Part shown: positions 27,208 through 37,244 of the stretch, piece after piece
Layout of the letters: each line of letters opens with the position of its first letter
Numbering within the stretch: position 1 is the stretch's first letter
The notes under the pieces: generated by a model
Databases searched by the model: none
Told to the model about the DNA's origin: nothing
The model's input: only the letters and a program-made list of their open reading frames with translations
Source: a virus
DNA length: 64,000 nt
IMG/VR virus record: IMGVR_UViG_3300046542_000332
Span: 1-64,000 of that record
Direction: 5' to 3' (one strand)
Made by a program: the position numbers and the translations under genes

Positions 27208-27999
27208 CTAAAGGAGGGCATCCATGACGACAGGAATACCGTTGAACACCACCGAGGTATCGCCCATCACCACAAAGGTATGTTTCGGGAAACGCTCAGG
27301 CGGCCTGACGCGCTGGCGGCGGCTGTAGAACAGATTGGTACCGCCCGACAGCATGGCCGCGCCCATCGTCATGCGTGCCTGGATGATCGGCGGCACAAAC
27401 TGGGCGTTACCCCTGGCGCGCCCCACCGATACGCCGCGCCCGATGTAGCCTATGGGGATGGTGAGGCGTGAGCGCTGGGCTGCGCGCAGCTCCAGGACAA
27501 ACCGCGCCGCCACGGCCGTGCGGGCGGCCTTGAGGATCCGCGCCGGGACAATCTGCGTCTCGATGTCCACGCGCAGGCGGCTGGTCAGGAAGTAGTCCGC
27601 CTCATTCTCGCCGGCCGCGCGGATCTCGGCCTCAGTCATGACGTCTACCGGGTACTCGCCGGCCTTCTTGCACCACAGCTGATCGATGGTGAACACCGGA
27701 CCAAACAGGGTTTTGAGATAGGCGGCCAGAAACGTGGTGCCGCGCTGGGGGTTGCGGTAGCGCCAGGCATGGAACAGATGGCGGATCTGTTCCATGGTGG
27801 TAGTGCGCAGGACGGCCAGGCCATCGCCGACCAAGCTTCGCTCAACGAGGGAGTCCGGGCCGATATGCGGCATGCCGTACAGCCCCACCTCAGTGACCTG
27901 ATCGTCGATGTGCTGCTTGTACAGGCTCAGAAACAGCGCCTTGAGTTCGCTTTCTACCTCATCGAACTCGGCACTGCGGACAAGGGGCTTTAACTCCAT
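27208..27999 (-). CDS. Baseplate wedge protein (P1 gp16-like)
   Basis: RGTTFL...QLW...YP...FLTSRLRV; synteny bplA-16-fibre. Confidence 0.65.
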   Translation of the reverse strand: MELKPLVRSAEFDEVESELKALFLSLYKQHIDDQVTEVGLYGMPHIGPDSLVERSLVGDGLAVLRTTTMEQIRHLFHAWRYRNPQRGTTFLAAYLKTLFGPVFTIDQLWCKKAGEYPVDVMTEAEIRAAGENEADYFLTSRLRVDIETQIVPARILKAARTAVAARFVLELRAAQRSRLTIPIGYIGRGVSVGRARGNAQFVPPIIQARMTMGAAMLSGGTNLFYSRRQRVRPPERFPKHTFVVMGDTSVVFNGIPVVMDALL

Positions 28000-28001
28000 G
28001 A

Positions 28002-29396
28002 TTAACCCGCCTCTTGCAGGAGGACTTGCAGGCTGTCGGCGGTGATGTAGCGGTATTGCTCAGGCAGTGGTGTGTCATCGTCCCCGATGCTGTTGACGAT
28101 CATGTTGCCCAGGCGCGACGACAAGGCCGTCACGGCGTTGTCTCTCATCAGCCGGTAAACATCCTTCTCCAGAATCTGCGCCTCGCCGCGCTTGGCCCAC
28201 GCTGATTCAGGACCGTACTCATTGAGCAGGATGGTGCGCACTTGCTGCGTGACGGCGCCGGCCTCATACACCGACGGGATGGTCAGCGTCACCACCATGG
28301 GCACCACGACATCGACAACCGGCACGTATTTGATCTTGTAGCTGTCGTCGGCGCGGCGAATCACCGCCGTTATCTGCGATTCCAAAACTGCTTGCGTGGT
28401 CCCGGCCTTGCGTACCGCCACGAACAGCGTGTTGATGTTGTCCAGGCTCGGGCCGCGTACAGCTTCCTCTTTGGCTTCGTTCCAGATGCTGAGGAACGTC
28501 ACCGGGGATATGGCCTTGCGCACCACAAAATCGAAGTTAGAGCCAAAGACGGCGCTGTCGTCGTAAATGCCGGGGTAGGAACACACCTCGCGCATGGTCG
28601 AGATATCCATGGGGTCGGCGCCGGTCTGGCTGACTTCGAACAGCTCCATGGCCAGCAGCGCGTCAGCGGCGCCACCGGTGTACTCAAAATAGAACTTGAG
28701 GCCAGCAGCCAGCGCCACAGCGCCCTCAGTGTCCTGCACCGTGACCGCGATCTGCTCGCCCACGGCCGGTTGATAGCCCGACAGCCCGTCGATGCCGAAT
28801 TGCAGGCTCAGCTCACCGGTTTCGTCCGACTTGATGTTGTAAACGCGCTCCCCGTCTTCGATGTTGGCGAAGTCGGTTGAGTATTCAAACCCGTCGACCA
28901 GCACGGCCGCGATAAATCCCACCTCGGGCTGACTCAGCGGCACCGAGTAAAACGGGCGATAGGTCGCCACCTGGCGGGTGAAAATGCGGGAGCTGACTTG
29001 CTTGGCGGTCAGATAGCCAATGGCGCCGGCGGCCAGGGTCACGCCAGTGGTCACCAGCCAATAGCGCCCGGCGGCATCTTGTAGCGATCTGCCGGCCGCC
29101 ACCTGCACCGTCACCAGTGACGCGTTGGTCACCTTGATCGCAGCAATGGAAGGCGTACCGAACGGCAAAATGCCTTTGACCGCCGCGTCACTGCGTACTG
29201 TCACGTCGCGGGCCATGGTGAACGGCTCGCCGGCGGTGACTTCCACCTGGTTGCTCACGTCCGCCAGCATGGCCGCCATGGATCCCAGGCTTTGAATAAT
29301 CAGTGGGTCGCCAATCTGATAGCGCAGGGCAATCGTGGGGTAGCTGGCAATCTCATCGACCGCGCTTTGCACGAATTCTGTTTTAGTAACTGCCAC
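28002..29396 (-). CDS. bplA: Baseplate J-like protein BplA
   Basis: 464 aa; EPF.MARD.TV..DAA.KGILP and SIWNE motifs; synteny. Confidence 0.7.
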   Translation of the reverse strand: MAVTKTEFVQSAVDEIASYPTIALRYQIGDPLIIQSLGSMAAMLADVSNQVEVTAGEPFTMARDVTVRSDAAVKGILPFGTPSIAAIKVTNASLVTVQVAAGRSLQDAAGRYWLVTTGVTLAAGAIGYLTAKQVSSRIFTRQVATYRPFYSVPLSQPEVGFIAAVLVDGFEYSTDFANIEDGERVYNIKSDETGELSLQFGIDGLSGYQPAVGEQIAVTVQDTEGAVALAAGLKFYFEYTGGAADALLAMELFEVSQTGADPMDISTMREVCSYPGIYDDSAVFGSNFDFVVRKAISPVTFLSIWNEAKEEAVRGPSLDNINTLFVAVRKAGTTQAVLESQITAVIRRADDSYKIKYVPVVDVVVPMVVTLTIPSVYEAGAVTQQVRTILLNEYGPESAWAKRGEAQILEKDVYRLMRDNAVTALSSRLGNMIVNSIGDDDTPLPEQYRYITADSLQVLLQEAG

Positions 29397-29703
29397 GGTT
29401 CACGTCCCCCAGGTCCGCCAGACTCACGTAGGAGCCGTTAATTTCGATATAGATGGTCTTGCGGTCGAGCCCATCATTGGTCGTGTACATGTTGATGGTG
29501 CCCGGTGGCAGGGAGGCGATAACGGGAATGTCCTCTCGCATCTTGGCCAGGTAGGCGTCAGCAATGGGCGAGCTGAGGGGTTTCTGTAGCAAGTCCTCAG
29601 TCGGCGCCCCATAGGTCGAGCCGTAATAGGTGTACGGCCGGGTACCCACCCAATGCGCAATCATGCGAAAGAGCAGGTCCGTGTTTAGCGTGTCGTCAGC
29701 CAT
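29383..29703 (-). CDS. Baseplate wedge initiator (PmgA / T4 gp25-like)
   Basis: HWVGT...YGS.YG...AKMREDIPV; between the tape-measure gene and bplA. Confidence 0.65.
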   Translation of the reverse strand: MADDTLNTDLLFRMIAHWVGTRPYTYYGSTYGAPTEDLLQKPLSSPIADAYLAKMREDIPVIASLPPGTINMYTTNDGLDRKTIYIEINGSYVSLADLGDVNRGSY

Positions 29704-29731
29704 AAGGCACCGGTAGCGGTTTATTGATCAC

Positions 29732-29773
29732 ATGATGGCAAACAAAAACCGCCCAATAAGTGGGCGGTTTGCA
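29732..29773 (-). promoter_or_regulatory. Late promoter (TGCAAACC ... CATCAT) overlapping a terminator hairpin
   Basis: GCAAA-30-YANNNT; aaaccgccca/tgggcggttt inverted repeat. Confidence 0.65.
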
Positions 29774-29789
29774 GTGAAACGACGGCCTG

Positions 29790-32171
29790 TCAGCCCATAC
29801 CAATCCCCCCGCTGGCGGCGTGGGCAATCTGCCGATCGTCAACGTTCTGGCTCAGCGGTACCGAGAATTGAACGCTCGGCGCGGCGGCCTTGCTCGGCGT
29901 CAGCAGCGGCTTTTCCACGGCCGGCGTGGGCGGGATCTTGAACTGAGACGCATCCGGCGCCGGTGCCGAGTAACGCGGCGCCATCATCGAGCTGGCGCTG
30001 ATCGGCTTGATCGCGGCCGTCCCTATGGCAGGCGTCGACACCGTGGGCGCCATCACCCCCACGGTTTGGGCGCCAGGCATGGCCGGAGCACCCGCCGAGT
30101 GCGGGCCTATTGGCATCACGCCCACGGCCGGGCCACCCTTGAGTGCTGCCATGGTACTGGCCAACGCGGCATTGGCTCCCTCGGGGGCTTGCACCTTGCC
30201 CTGATCGGCGCGCCGGGTAGGCGTCAGGTCGCCGGCTTGGGCCTGAGCCAGGTACCCGTCGTATTTGCCCTGGACGTCGGCCAGGCCGTTGGTACCGCCG
30301 TTGGTGAGCTTGCGGGCGCGCACCTGGTCGCCGGCCATGGCGGCCTTGTCGGCACCGGAACTCTTCCAATGCTGCACCGCGATCTGCGCCGAATACTTCG
30401 GATCCATGGCCAGGTCCGGGTTGTTCACCAGGTCGATGCCCAACTTCTTACCCATTTCAGCGTATTGAGCCTTGCCCGTTAGCTGGATGTTGCCGCGCCC
30501 CCGGTACTTGAAGCCGTCGCCCGCCTCGGTGTTGCCCATCCGCCCGCCATAGACCTTGTTGGCGATGGCTTCCGGGTTGTTGGCGTCGGTGCGCGCTTCC
30601 TCGGGGCTCTTGTAATACTTGGGGAATACCTCCTGTAGGCGCTTGGCGCTGTAGTTCAGGTTTTCCTCGTTCTTGGTGAAGCCGCCCGACTCGTGGTCGA
30701 CGTTGGCCATCAGCATCGCCTTGGACTTCGGATCGGTGATCCCGCCGGCGTCCATGGCCTTAATCAGTTCATCCTTGCGCGCATTGGAGCCGCCCGTGTA
30801 GCGCCCGCTGGTGACCTTGTTTAGAACGTTCTGGCCGGCATCCTTGATCGAGGTGGCCTTGTCGCCCACGTAGTCCTTGGCGGTCTGGATCTTGTCCGCC
30901 ACGGCGTCCACGGCCTTGGTAAACGAATCCTTGATACTGTCGGTCATCCCCGCCAGCAGCTTGGTACCCGTTGTGACCATGCCGTCCCAGGCGTCTTTGA
31001 CCGAATCGAAGGTTTTACTGATTTTCGCGGTGATCGAGGACAGGTCGACGGTAGCCAGCCACTCGCCCACCATGCCGCCAATCTGGTCACCGATCATCGC
31101 GCCGGCAATGGCGCCCGCCGGGCCACCAAACATCCCTACCGCGCCGCCTACCAGCCCGCCGATGCCGCTCCCGACGTTCCCGTAACGCTGTTTCTTGTTC
31201 TGCTCTGGTGTCAGGTTGGGGTCATCGGACGCCAGCACATCGCTGGCCAGCATCCCGCCGCCGATCAGCGCCCCGATCAAGGGAAGCTTTTTCAGAAACT
31301 TCTTGAACTTGCTGGCGGGCGGGCTCGGGCCAGGCCCCGGACCAGGGCCGCCGCCAGGACCACCACCAGGGACAGGCGGGATCGGAGGATTCTTTTTAAA
31401 TACACTGGCCACACCCTTGGCAGCCGCCGCAATCAGGCCGGTTGCCCCCGTCATCTTGCCGAGTGCCTTGATCGGCGCCAGCAGCAGGCCCAGCGTCGAC
31501 AGCAAGGCCGTCATGAGCAGGCCCATACCGCCACCGCCCCCACCGGTGCCTCTTACGGCGTTCCAGATACGGCGGTACCAGCTGACGTTTTCGCGCTGCT
31601 CAGACTTGCGGCCGATGCCAAACAGGCGACCCATCGGCCTGAGGACACCCATCAGCGGCTGGAAGATGCCACCAATCTCCTTGACGGCCTGGACAGTCGG
31701 ATCAATCCCGTCGGCGCCGGCTGCGACCGCACTGGCCGCGCCTTTCATGCTCTCAGCGGCATCACCCATGGCTTGGGACGCTCTAGAGGCTCTGTCGCCG
31801 CTGCCAAACCGGCCGTTCTCATCGCGCTCGGGCGGTGGCGCAGGGGGCGGCCCTGGCGGAACAGGTGCCGGGGTCGGGCCTGGCGGTACGGGGGTTGGTG
31901 GCGGACTTGGCGGCGCCGGTGGCAGTGGTGCAGGGCCGGGGGGTGGGCCTGGTGGCACGGGCGGCAAGGGCGGCGGATTGGGGGCAGGACCTGGCGGTAC
32001 CGCTGGCGGGATATTCGCCATCGAGTTGGCAATCGAGGCCAAGTGCGCCAGGGACGCTGCCGTGTCCACTTGAATCGCCCTCAGCACCGCCAGCTCTTCG
32101 GCCATCCGGTCCAAGTTTTCTTTCATGGCCGCTATCAGGAAGCCATTAGGATCCGAGGGAAGAGTGCTCAC
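29790..32171 (-). CDS. Tape-measure/injection protein (Sit-like) with GH19 lysozyme domain and Pro-rich segments
   Basis: HESGGF...ENLNYS...IANKVYGGRMGN...DGFKYRGRGNIQLTG is GH19-like; Gly/Ala-rich hydrophobic segments. Confidence 0.75.
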   Translation of the reverse strand: MSTLPSDPNGFLIAAMKENLDRMAEELAVLRAIQVDTAASLAHLASIANSMANIPPAVPPGPAPNPPPLPPVPPGPPPGPAPLPPAPPSPPPTPVPPGPTPAPVPPGPPPAPPPERDENGRFGSGDRASRASQAMGDAAESMKGAASAVAAGADGIDPTVQAVKEIGGIFQPLMGVLRPMGRLFGIGRKSEQRENVSWYRRIWNAVRGTGGGGGGMGLLMTALLSTLGLLLAPIKALGKMTGATGLIAAAAKGVASVFKKNPPIPPVPGGGPGGGPGPGPGPSPPASKFKKFLKKLPLIGALIGGGMLASDVLASDDPNLTPEQNKKQRYGNVGSGIGGLVGGAVGMFGGPAGAIAGAMIGDQIGGMVGEWLATVDLSSITAKISKTFDSVKDAWDGMVTTGTKLLAGMTDSIKDSFTKAVDAVADKIQTAKDYVGDKATSIKDAGQNVLNKVTSGRYTGGSNARKDELIKAMDAGGITDPKSKAMLMANVDHESGGFTKNEENLNYSAKRLQEVFPKYYKSPEEARTDANNPEAIANKVYGGRMGNTEAGDGFKYRGRGNIQLTGKAQYAEMGKKLGIDLVNNPDLAMDPKYSAQIAVQHWKSSGADKAAMAGDQVRARKLTNGGTNGLADVQGKYDGYLAQAQAGDLTPTRRADQGKVQAPEGANAALASTMAALKGGPAVGVMPIGPHSAGAPAMPGAQTVGVMAPTVSTPAIGTAAIKPISASSMMAPRYSAPAPDASQFKIPPTPAVEKPLLTPSKAAAPSVQFSVPLSQNVDDRQIAHAASGGIGMG

Positions 32172-33074
32172 TTACACCCCCCCGATCACTTTACGCACCA
32201 GGTCGACGGCGTTGGCCAGCACACCGGCTTTCTTGTCCGCCTCTACGGCCTCGGGAGCCGGCTCAAGGTCTGGCAGGTCGGCTTTCATGAAACGATCAGC
32301 ACTGTCGAGCATGGCCGCCGCGCGATCTGGCAGGAACTCGGCACCGCGTTGCAGCGTGTCCGGATTGAGGCTGTCGAGCATCGCGCCACCGCCATCCTTG
32401 AGGCGCTGCATCAGGCGCGCATTCTGCTCGACCAGGTCGTCATTGAGCCTGCACTGATACAGGTAGGCCTCACTGATCCCGGCCGCCTGAGCGTCGTTCT
32501 CAGCCATGATCGCGTCCACGCTGTCCATCATGGCGGCGCACTCGCCCGCGAAGCCCAGCGACTCGATGGCGCCCGGCTCGATGCCATCCAGCATCGCGTC
32601 ATAGCCCTTGTTGGTGTTGTAGTTCGGGACACGGACGAAATCCATCCCGTGGAACGTCCGGGGCGTGCGCTTGCCGTTCTCATCGGGCGCGTGGAACACT
32701 GAACTGAATCCGTAGGCCTTGCTGTCGAACAGGCGACCACCGATCCGGCCTGGCGCGTTGTTCAAAAACTCCTGCTCGTGCTCCACCGTGCCGTCGGGCA
32801 GACACTTGATGTACACCGTGCGCACGCAGGGTTCCAACACCACCACCTTTCCGCCCTCGTTAACGCTCTCAGGGACGTTGAGGCCGTATTTCTCGCGGAA
32901 CGTGTGGCCGATGTAGCCGTATACGTCGCCCTGGCGCACCAGTTCCTGTACCGACGGGCCGTTGATCAGGCGCATGGCCGCGTCGATATCGACGTCACGA
33001 TCCTGGCCGTTGAAGTCGCGCCCGCGCTCGTTCAAGTTGTATCTGATAACCCCTGTGCGCTTAAGCATGATCAC
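32172..33074 (-). CDS. pro: Prohead protease (P1 Pro-like)
   Basis: YNLNERGR...YGYIGH...GFSS...GMDFVRVPNY; directly after the portal gene. Confidence 0.75.
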   Translation of the reverse strand: MIMLKRTGVIRYNLNERGRDFNGQDRDVDIDAAMRLINGPSVQELVRQGDVYGYIGHTFREKYGLNVPESVNEGGKVVVLEPCVRTVYIKCLPDGTVEHEQEFLNNAPGRIGGRLFDSKAYGFSSVFHAPDENGKRTPRTFHGMDFVRVPNYNTNKGYDAMLDGIEPGAIESLGFAGECAAMMDSVDAIMAENDAQAAGISEAYLYQCRLNDDLVEQNARLMQRLKDGGGAMLDSLNPDTLQRGAEFLPDRAAAMLDSADRFMKADLPDLEPAPEAVEADKKAGVLANAVDLVRKVIGGV

Positions 33075-34675
33075 TCTTCCTCGTCTTTATCTGGCTTGCC
33101 GCCTGGTGGTGGTAACTGGAGCGGATCGGTGTCATCACCGCCGCCGAATCCCCCACCACCCATGTCAGGCGCAGGCGGTTTTGCATCCTTGATGCCCTGG
33201 GCGAAAATCTTCGCCTTCTCGGCGTCTACCTCCATCATCGTGGCCATGAATTCTTCCATCATGGGCGCTGGCAGCCCCATGTTGCGCATCATGTCCATAC
33301 CCTGGAGCAGCATCACGCCGCCACTGATCGCGCGTTCTCGGCTGGCCTGTTTCTCGGCCTCAAGCGCGGCAATCGAACCGAAGAAATTCACGTCATAGGG
33401 GCGCTCATCGTCCGCCCAGCATTTGCCGGTCTTGGCCAGCATGTGACGATCGATCGTATCGTTCACCGTCTGCATAAAGGCGGTGCGGATGATCCGGGAA
33501 CGCTCGGCGGCTTGGCTGCTGGTGCGGTTAAACCCGCCCTCACCCAACCCCCCCGCCATCTGGTCGGCAAAGCCCACCATGGACAGGTCAATGCCCAAGG
33601 TGCCCGCCAGCTTGCGCGCGCAAAACATCACGTCTTCGATGTTGGCGCCGGCGCCGGAATTGGAGCTGCCATTGAACGAGGTGATCGCGGTCAGCTGCTT
33701 TTCGTTGAAGGTCGGCATGATGTGGAAATTGCGCGACGTGGCGTATTGGCCCGTCCTCACCGCTTCCTCTGCGCGCGTCTTCATGCTCTTGAGCATCTTT
33801 TCCAGCGAGTCCATGAACAGCTTCTGTTGGGCGGCTGTCATGTCCGACAGGTTGGCGCCCAGCATCGTCTCGTCAATCGATCCGGTGATGCGCTGGCCGA
33901 TCATCCCGCGCAGGGCAGAAATTAGGTTGTCATAGTCAACCTCGGCCGCTTCCAGGAACGAACCACCCACCAGCGCCGGCAATGGCCGAAAATCGCGTGG
34001 ATCTTTGGCTTCCATGTTGATCTTTTGGGCGTTCTCGATGGCGCGCATCTGCGGCAGGTACACCATGCGCGGCATGCGCATACGCACCATGTCCAGATGG
34101 TTGAAGCGGCTTTGCATCTTCGGCCCTTTACTGACGATGTAACCCACCGTCTGGCCAACCTCTTCATAGGCCTGCACCAAAGGGGCGAAAGGTTCCTCGC
34201 TGTCGAAGGCAAACATTCCCTCGTTCTTTTTGGTGTAGAGCCTGGCGTAGGCGTCCCCGAAGGCGCACGCAGTGAAGCACATCCCATGCGCGTGCTTGTT
34301 GAGGATCTTGGCGATAAATTGCAGCTCATCGACCAGCTTTTTATCGGCCGCCGAAATACCGGGCTTGGGCTCGATAAAGATCGTTTCCCCGGTCGTCTCG
34401 TGGCCGCCCAGCGCCATCTGGACGTGCAGCCTCAGGATGGTGCTGATCAGCCCGTCCTGAATCATGTAGTGCCACTTCTGATAGATCGCCGACCGGGAGC
34501 GCGCCGGGCGATCGCTCGACCCCAGCAGCATTTCAACGCCAACGTAGTCGGCGTCAAACGTGCTGATACCTTCCATTCGGTTTTCGGGCGCCGTGCTCAC
34601 CTCGCCCAGCAAAAGCTTGGCATGGCCGCTAAGCGACCCCAGCCAGCTCTTTTTCGGTTTCTTTTCGTCGGCCAT
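33071..34675 (-). CDS. prt: Portal protein (P1 Prt-like)
   Basis: 534 aa; ALGGHETTGE, GGSFLEAAE and LGIDLSMVGFADQMAGGLGEGGF motifs. Confidence 0.8.
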   Translation of the reverse strand: MADEKKPKKSWLGSLSGHAKLLLGEVSTAPENRMEGISTFDADYVGVEMLLGSSDRPARSRSAIYQKWHYMIQDGLISTILRLHVQMALGGHETTGETIFIEPKPGISAADKKLVDELQFIAKILNKHAHGMCFTACAFGDAYARLYTKKNEGMFAFDSEEPFAPLVQAYEEVGQTVGYIVSKGPKMQSRFNHLDMVRMRMPRMVYLPQMRAIENAQKINMEAKDPRDFRPLPALVGGSFLEAAEVDYDNLISALRGMIGQRITGSIDETMLGANLSDMTAAQQKLFMDSLEKMLKSMKTRAEEAVRTGQYATSRNFHIMPTFNEKQLTAITSFNGSSNSGAGANIEDVMFCARKLAGTLGIDLSMVGFADQMAGGLGEGGFNRTSSQAAERSRIIRTAFMQTVNDTIDRHMLAKTGKCWADDERPYDVNFFGSIAALEAEKQASRERAISGGVMLLQGMDMMRNMGLPAPMMEEFMATMMEVDAEKAKIFAQGIKDAKPPAPDMGGGGFGGGDDTDPLQLPPPGGKPDKDEEE

Positions 34676-34710
34676 TGTCTGTACGTACGCAGTAGTCCCA
34701 TTTACCGGTC

Positions 34711-34752
34711 AGCGTACAGGCGGTTTTGAGCCCTTCCGGACGGCGCTTTGCA
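34711..34752 (-). promoter_or_regulatory. Late promoter (TGCAAAGC ... TACGCT)
   Basis: GCAAA-30-YANNNT consensus. Confidence 0.65.
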
Positions 34753-34772
34753 CCATCTGGAGGGCGTGCGCG

Positions 34773-35282
34773 TTAGGGTTCCAGGTCAGCGGTGACGACC
34801 TCATCAGGGCGCGGATTGACCAGGTACTTGCGGGTGTATGGCGATATGTTCACGCTACCGGTGACGTCGACGATCTCGTAATTGATGATCAGGCCGTCAC
34901 CCATCAGCAAGGCCACCAGCATGCGCTTGGCGGGCTGCACGTAGCCGGCGGCACCAGGCTCAAGGATTGGCTCGATGGACGCCTCTGTCACCCCTTCGGC
35001 GTAGTCCAGGCGCGCCCCGTTGTCGGCGGTGTTGCCCAGCGGCGCCGCATAGCCTTGAGCAAAGTGGATCTTGGCGTCACACGCATACACCCACGAGTAA
35101 TTCACCTCGTCCTCATCGCTGATCACGCCCACGCCCCCCAGGTCGGGATAGCCGTCAACGCTGGCGCCCTCCGACACCCGGTCGACCTGCTTGGTGAACA
35201 GCACACAGTCGATGGCGTTTGGCTCGCGTAGCGTGCGCTGGCGGTTGGCCCGGTTGATCTGTATTGCGACGTTGTTGAGCAT
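34773..35282 (-). CDS. Neck/tail-stability protein (P1 gp7-like)
   Basis: Synteny 26-25-7; LGGVGVISDEDE motif. Confidence 0.5.
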   Translation of the reverse strand: MLNNVAIQINRANRQRTLREPNAIDCVLFTKQVDRVSEGASVDGYPDLGGVGVISDEDEVNYSWVYACDAKIHFAQGYAAPLGNTADNGARLDYAEGVTEASIEPILEPGAAGYVQPAKRMLVALLMGDGLIINYEIVDVTGSVNISPYTRKYLVNPRPDEVVTADLEP

Positions 35283-35285
35283 GTC

Positions 35286-36359
35286 TTAACCCTGTGCGTT
35301 GTCGGCGGCGGTGATGGCGATACGGGCGGCCTGTTCGGAGTAGCCCAGCTTCATCATGGCCTTGATTTTCTTGTCCAGCGGCACCGGCTTGTTGACCTTC
35401 GCCGCGTGCGTTTTGCGCAACTGATCGTTCGCCGCCTTGACCTTGGCCGCCTCGACGGCTTTGCGCTGCTGTGCGGGCTGCGCGGCACGCTCCAGGCGCT
35501 TCTCTTCGGTGGTCTTGATCGTGCGGTCCCGCTTGCGGACGCTGGCGGCCTTGTCGAGGAACGCCTGCTGCTCTTTGACGGTCATCACCTGCTGTTTGCC
35601 GCTCAGCGTCTTGCGTCCGTACTCGATCATGCGTTGGGCGAAGTTGTTGAACGTCCCGCTATGCCCCAGCGTGCCCATCACCTTGACGACGTGCTTGCAG
35701 GCCACCCCGTACAGCTTGGGGTTGCGGATACGCGGGAAACCGTCCTCGGCCCGGCCATAGTTGAAGTTGCCAATGCTGGCGATGAACCGAAACCAGAAGG
35801 TGTGACGGTTGCAGCTGCAATCGTATTTGACCTTACCGCGCGCCAGCAGCTTTGCCGCCTCGTGCGCCGGCTGGCCACCCGACAGCGCCGCGTCGTAGGC
35901 GAGGAACTGCACCATCACCGTATGGCGCGCGACGTTGGAGTTTGGCCCGGAGTTGGTCTGAAACTGCACCACGCCGCCCCGGTTGACGATCGGCATCACC
36001 GAATGGATTTGCCGGTTGGCGCGCTCCCTGTCCTGCGGCGTGGACAGGTCGATCACCTTCTTGACCAGGATCCCGCCAGACGCCTGCTTGCTGTGCTGGC
36101 CGTGCATGCGCTGAATGTCTTTGACGGCAGCCTTAAACGCCAGGATGTCGTCAAAGGTGAGCATGCGGGGCTTGCCGTCAATCGTGGTGAACAGCGCCCG
36201 CTTCGGATCGTACAGGCCGCCCATGTCGTCGGCCGACAGAATCCGGTCCTGGTCGCCAAGCCGGCGCTTTAGATCGAACTCAAACGCCTCGCGGGCCTCC
36301 TTGGCGGCCTTGCGCGCATCCTGTACCAGATTCGACCGCTGATCATTGGCCGCCATCAA
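35286..36359 (-). CDS. SWIM zinc-finger morphogenesis protein (P1 gp25-like)
   Basis: YDCSC...PRIRNPKLYGVACKH. Confidence 0.6.
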   Translation of the reverse strand: MMAANDQRSNLVQDARKAAKEAREAFEFDLKRRLGDQDRILSADDMGGLYDPKRALFTTIDGKPRMLTFDDILAFKAAVKDIQRMHGQHSKQASGGILVKKVIDLSTPQDRERANRQIHSVMPIVNRGGVVQFQTNSGPNSNVARHTVMVQFLAYDAALSGGQPAHEAAKLLARGKVKYDCSCNRHTFWFRFIASIGNFNYGRAEDGFPRIRNPKLYGVACKHVVKVMGTLGHSGTFNNFAQRMIEYGRKTLSGKQQVMTVKEQQAFLDKAASVRKRDRTIKTTEEKRLERAAQPAQQRKAVEAAKVKAANDQLRKTHAAKVNKPVPLDKKIKAMMKLGYSEQAARIAITAADNAQG

Positions 36360-36664
36360 CGAACCGTCCTAACAGCCGTCGTGATCCCGCACCGCTCCTT
36401 GAGATAGCGCAGATACGCCACCGTAGGCAGCACAAGATCCTGCTCCTTGAGCGGCGCGTCGACATTGGGTAGACCAGCAGCGGCCAGGATCACGCGCGTC
36501 TCTGTCGGATCACCAAAGGCCCGCCGCGCCACCGCCGACAGATTGTGTCGGTCAGCGGGTAGCGTGCGGATCACCTGGCAGTTGGCGGAATAGCTCGGCT
36601 CAGTGGTGGCGAACCGGCGCACCTCGCGATAAAACCGTGACTCTTCGATCATGTCCCACCCCAT
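36356..36664 (-). CDS. LysM/tail-X-like baseplate protein (P1 gp26-like)
   Basis: LSAVARRAFGD...ILAAAGL...LVLPT. Confidence 0.65.
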   Translation of the reverse strand: MGWDMIEESRFYREVRRFATTEPSYSANCQVIRTLPADRHNLSAVARRAFGDPTETRVILAAAGLPNVDAPLKEQDLVLPTVAYLRYLKERCGITTAVRTVR

Positions 36665-36680
36665 GGAATGCTAGGGCGGT

Positions 36681-36723
36681 AGTGTCACATGCAGGGAAAG
36701 GGGGGAGAGATTCCGGGTTTGCA
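36681..36723 (-). promoter_or_regulatory. Late promoter (TGCAAACC ... GACACT, 31-nt spacing)
   Basis: One-base variant of the consensus. Confidence 0.5.
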
Positions 36724-36809
36724 CGCCCGCCGCGCAGGGCGAAAGTCTAAGTTTTACAGGGTAATTTGGACGTAATGACCAATCGATTTAGACAAGCGCG
36801 CGGCGGGGT

Positions 36810-37034
36810 TTATTCAGTGGTCAGCTGGTGGCGCAGCGCTTTGGCTTCGTTGGCCAGCAATTTGGAGCGCTCAGCGGCTTCTACAGCCTTCGTCTCAAGG
36901 GCGATGAGCACGGCCGGCAACTGCCTCGGCGGAACGTTCTTACCCCAGCAATACACCGTCTGATACGCCACGCCCAAGGCCTCAGCAATCACTTTCTTGT
37001 TGCCCATCAGCTCAACCAATCGTGCTACTTCCAT
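36810..37034 (-). CDS. Cro-like HTH protein
   Basis: MGNKKVIAEALGVAYQTVYCWGKNVP. Confidence 0.7.
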   Translation of the reverse strand: MEVARLVELMGNKKVIAEALGVAYQTVYCWGKNVPPRQLPAVLIALETKAVEAAERSKLLANEAKALRHQLTTE

Positions 37035-37137
37035 ACATCTCACCCTGAATTAAACGCCATGCACCTATAAGATTTATTCAGCATACCACAAGGTTGATCA
37101 GCGCTATGCGGCCGGTGCTCTGGCGTTTCTTCCAGAC

Positions 37138-37166
37138 AAAAAGAAGCCCGCACAGGGCGGGCTTTG
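37138..37166 (-). terminator. Terminator after the tailspike gene
   Basis: aagcccgc-acagg-gcgggctt plus U-rich tail. Confidence 0.7.
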
Positions 37167-37244
37167 GTCTATTTAGTTGCCTGCTGATTGATATCCGCAC
37201 GGCCACCTGAATCAGCAGCCGTATTCATTGGAATTTCCCAAGCG

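Noticed and set aside
31830-32010. GC-rich tandem-like DNA repeats
   Set aside because: Explained by polyproline coding in the tape-measure gene; not an independent DNA element
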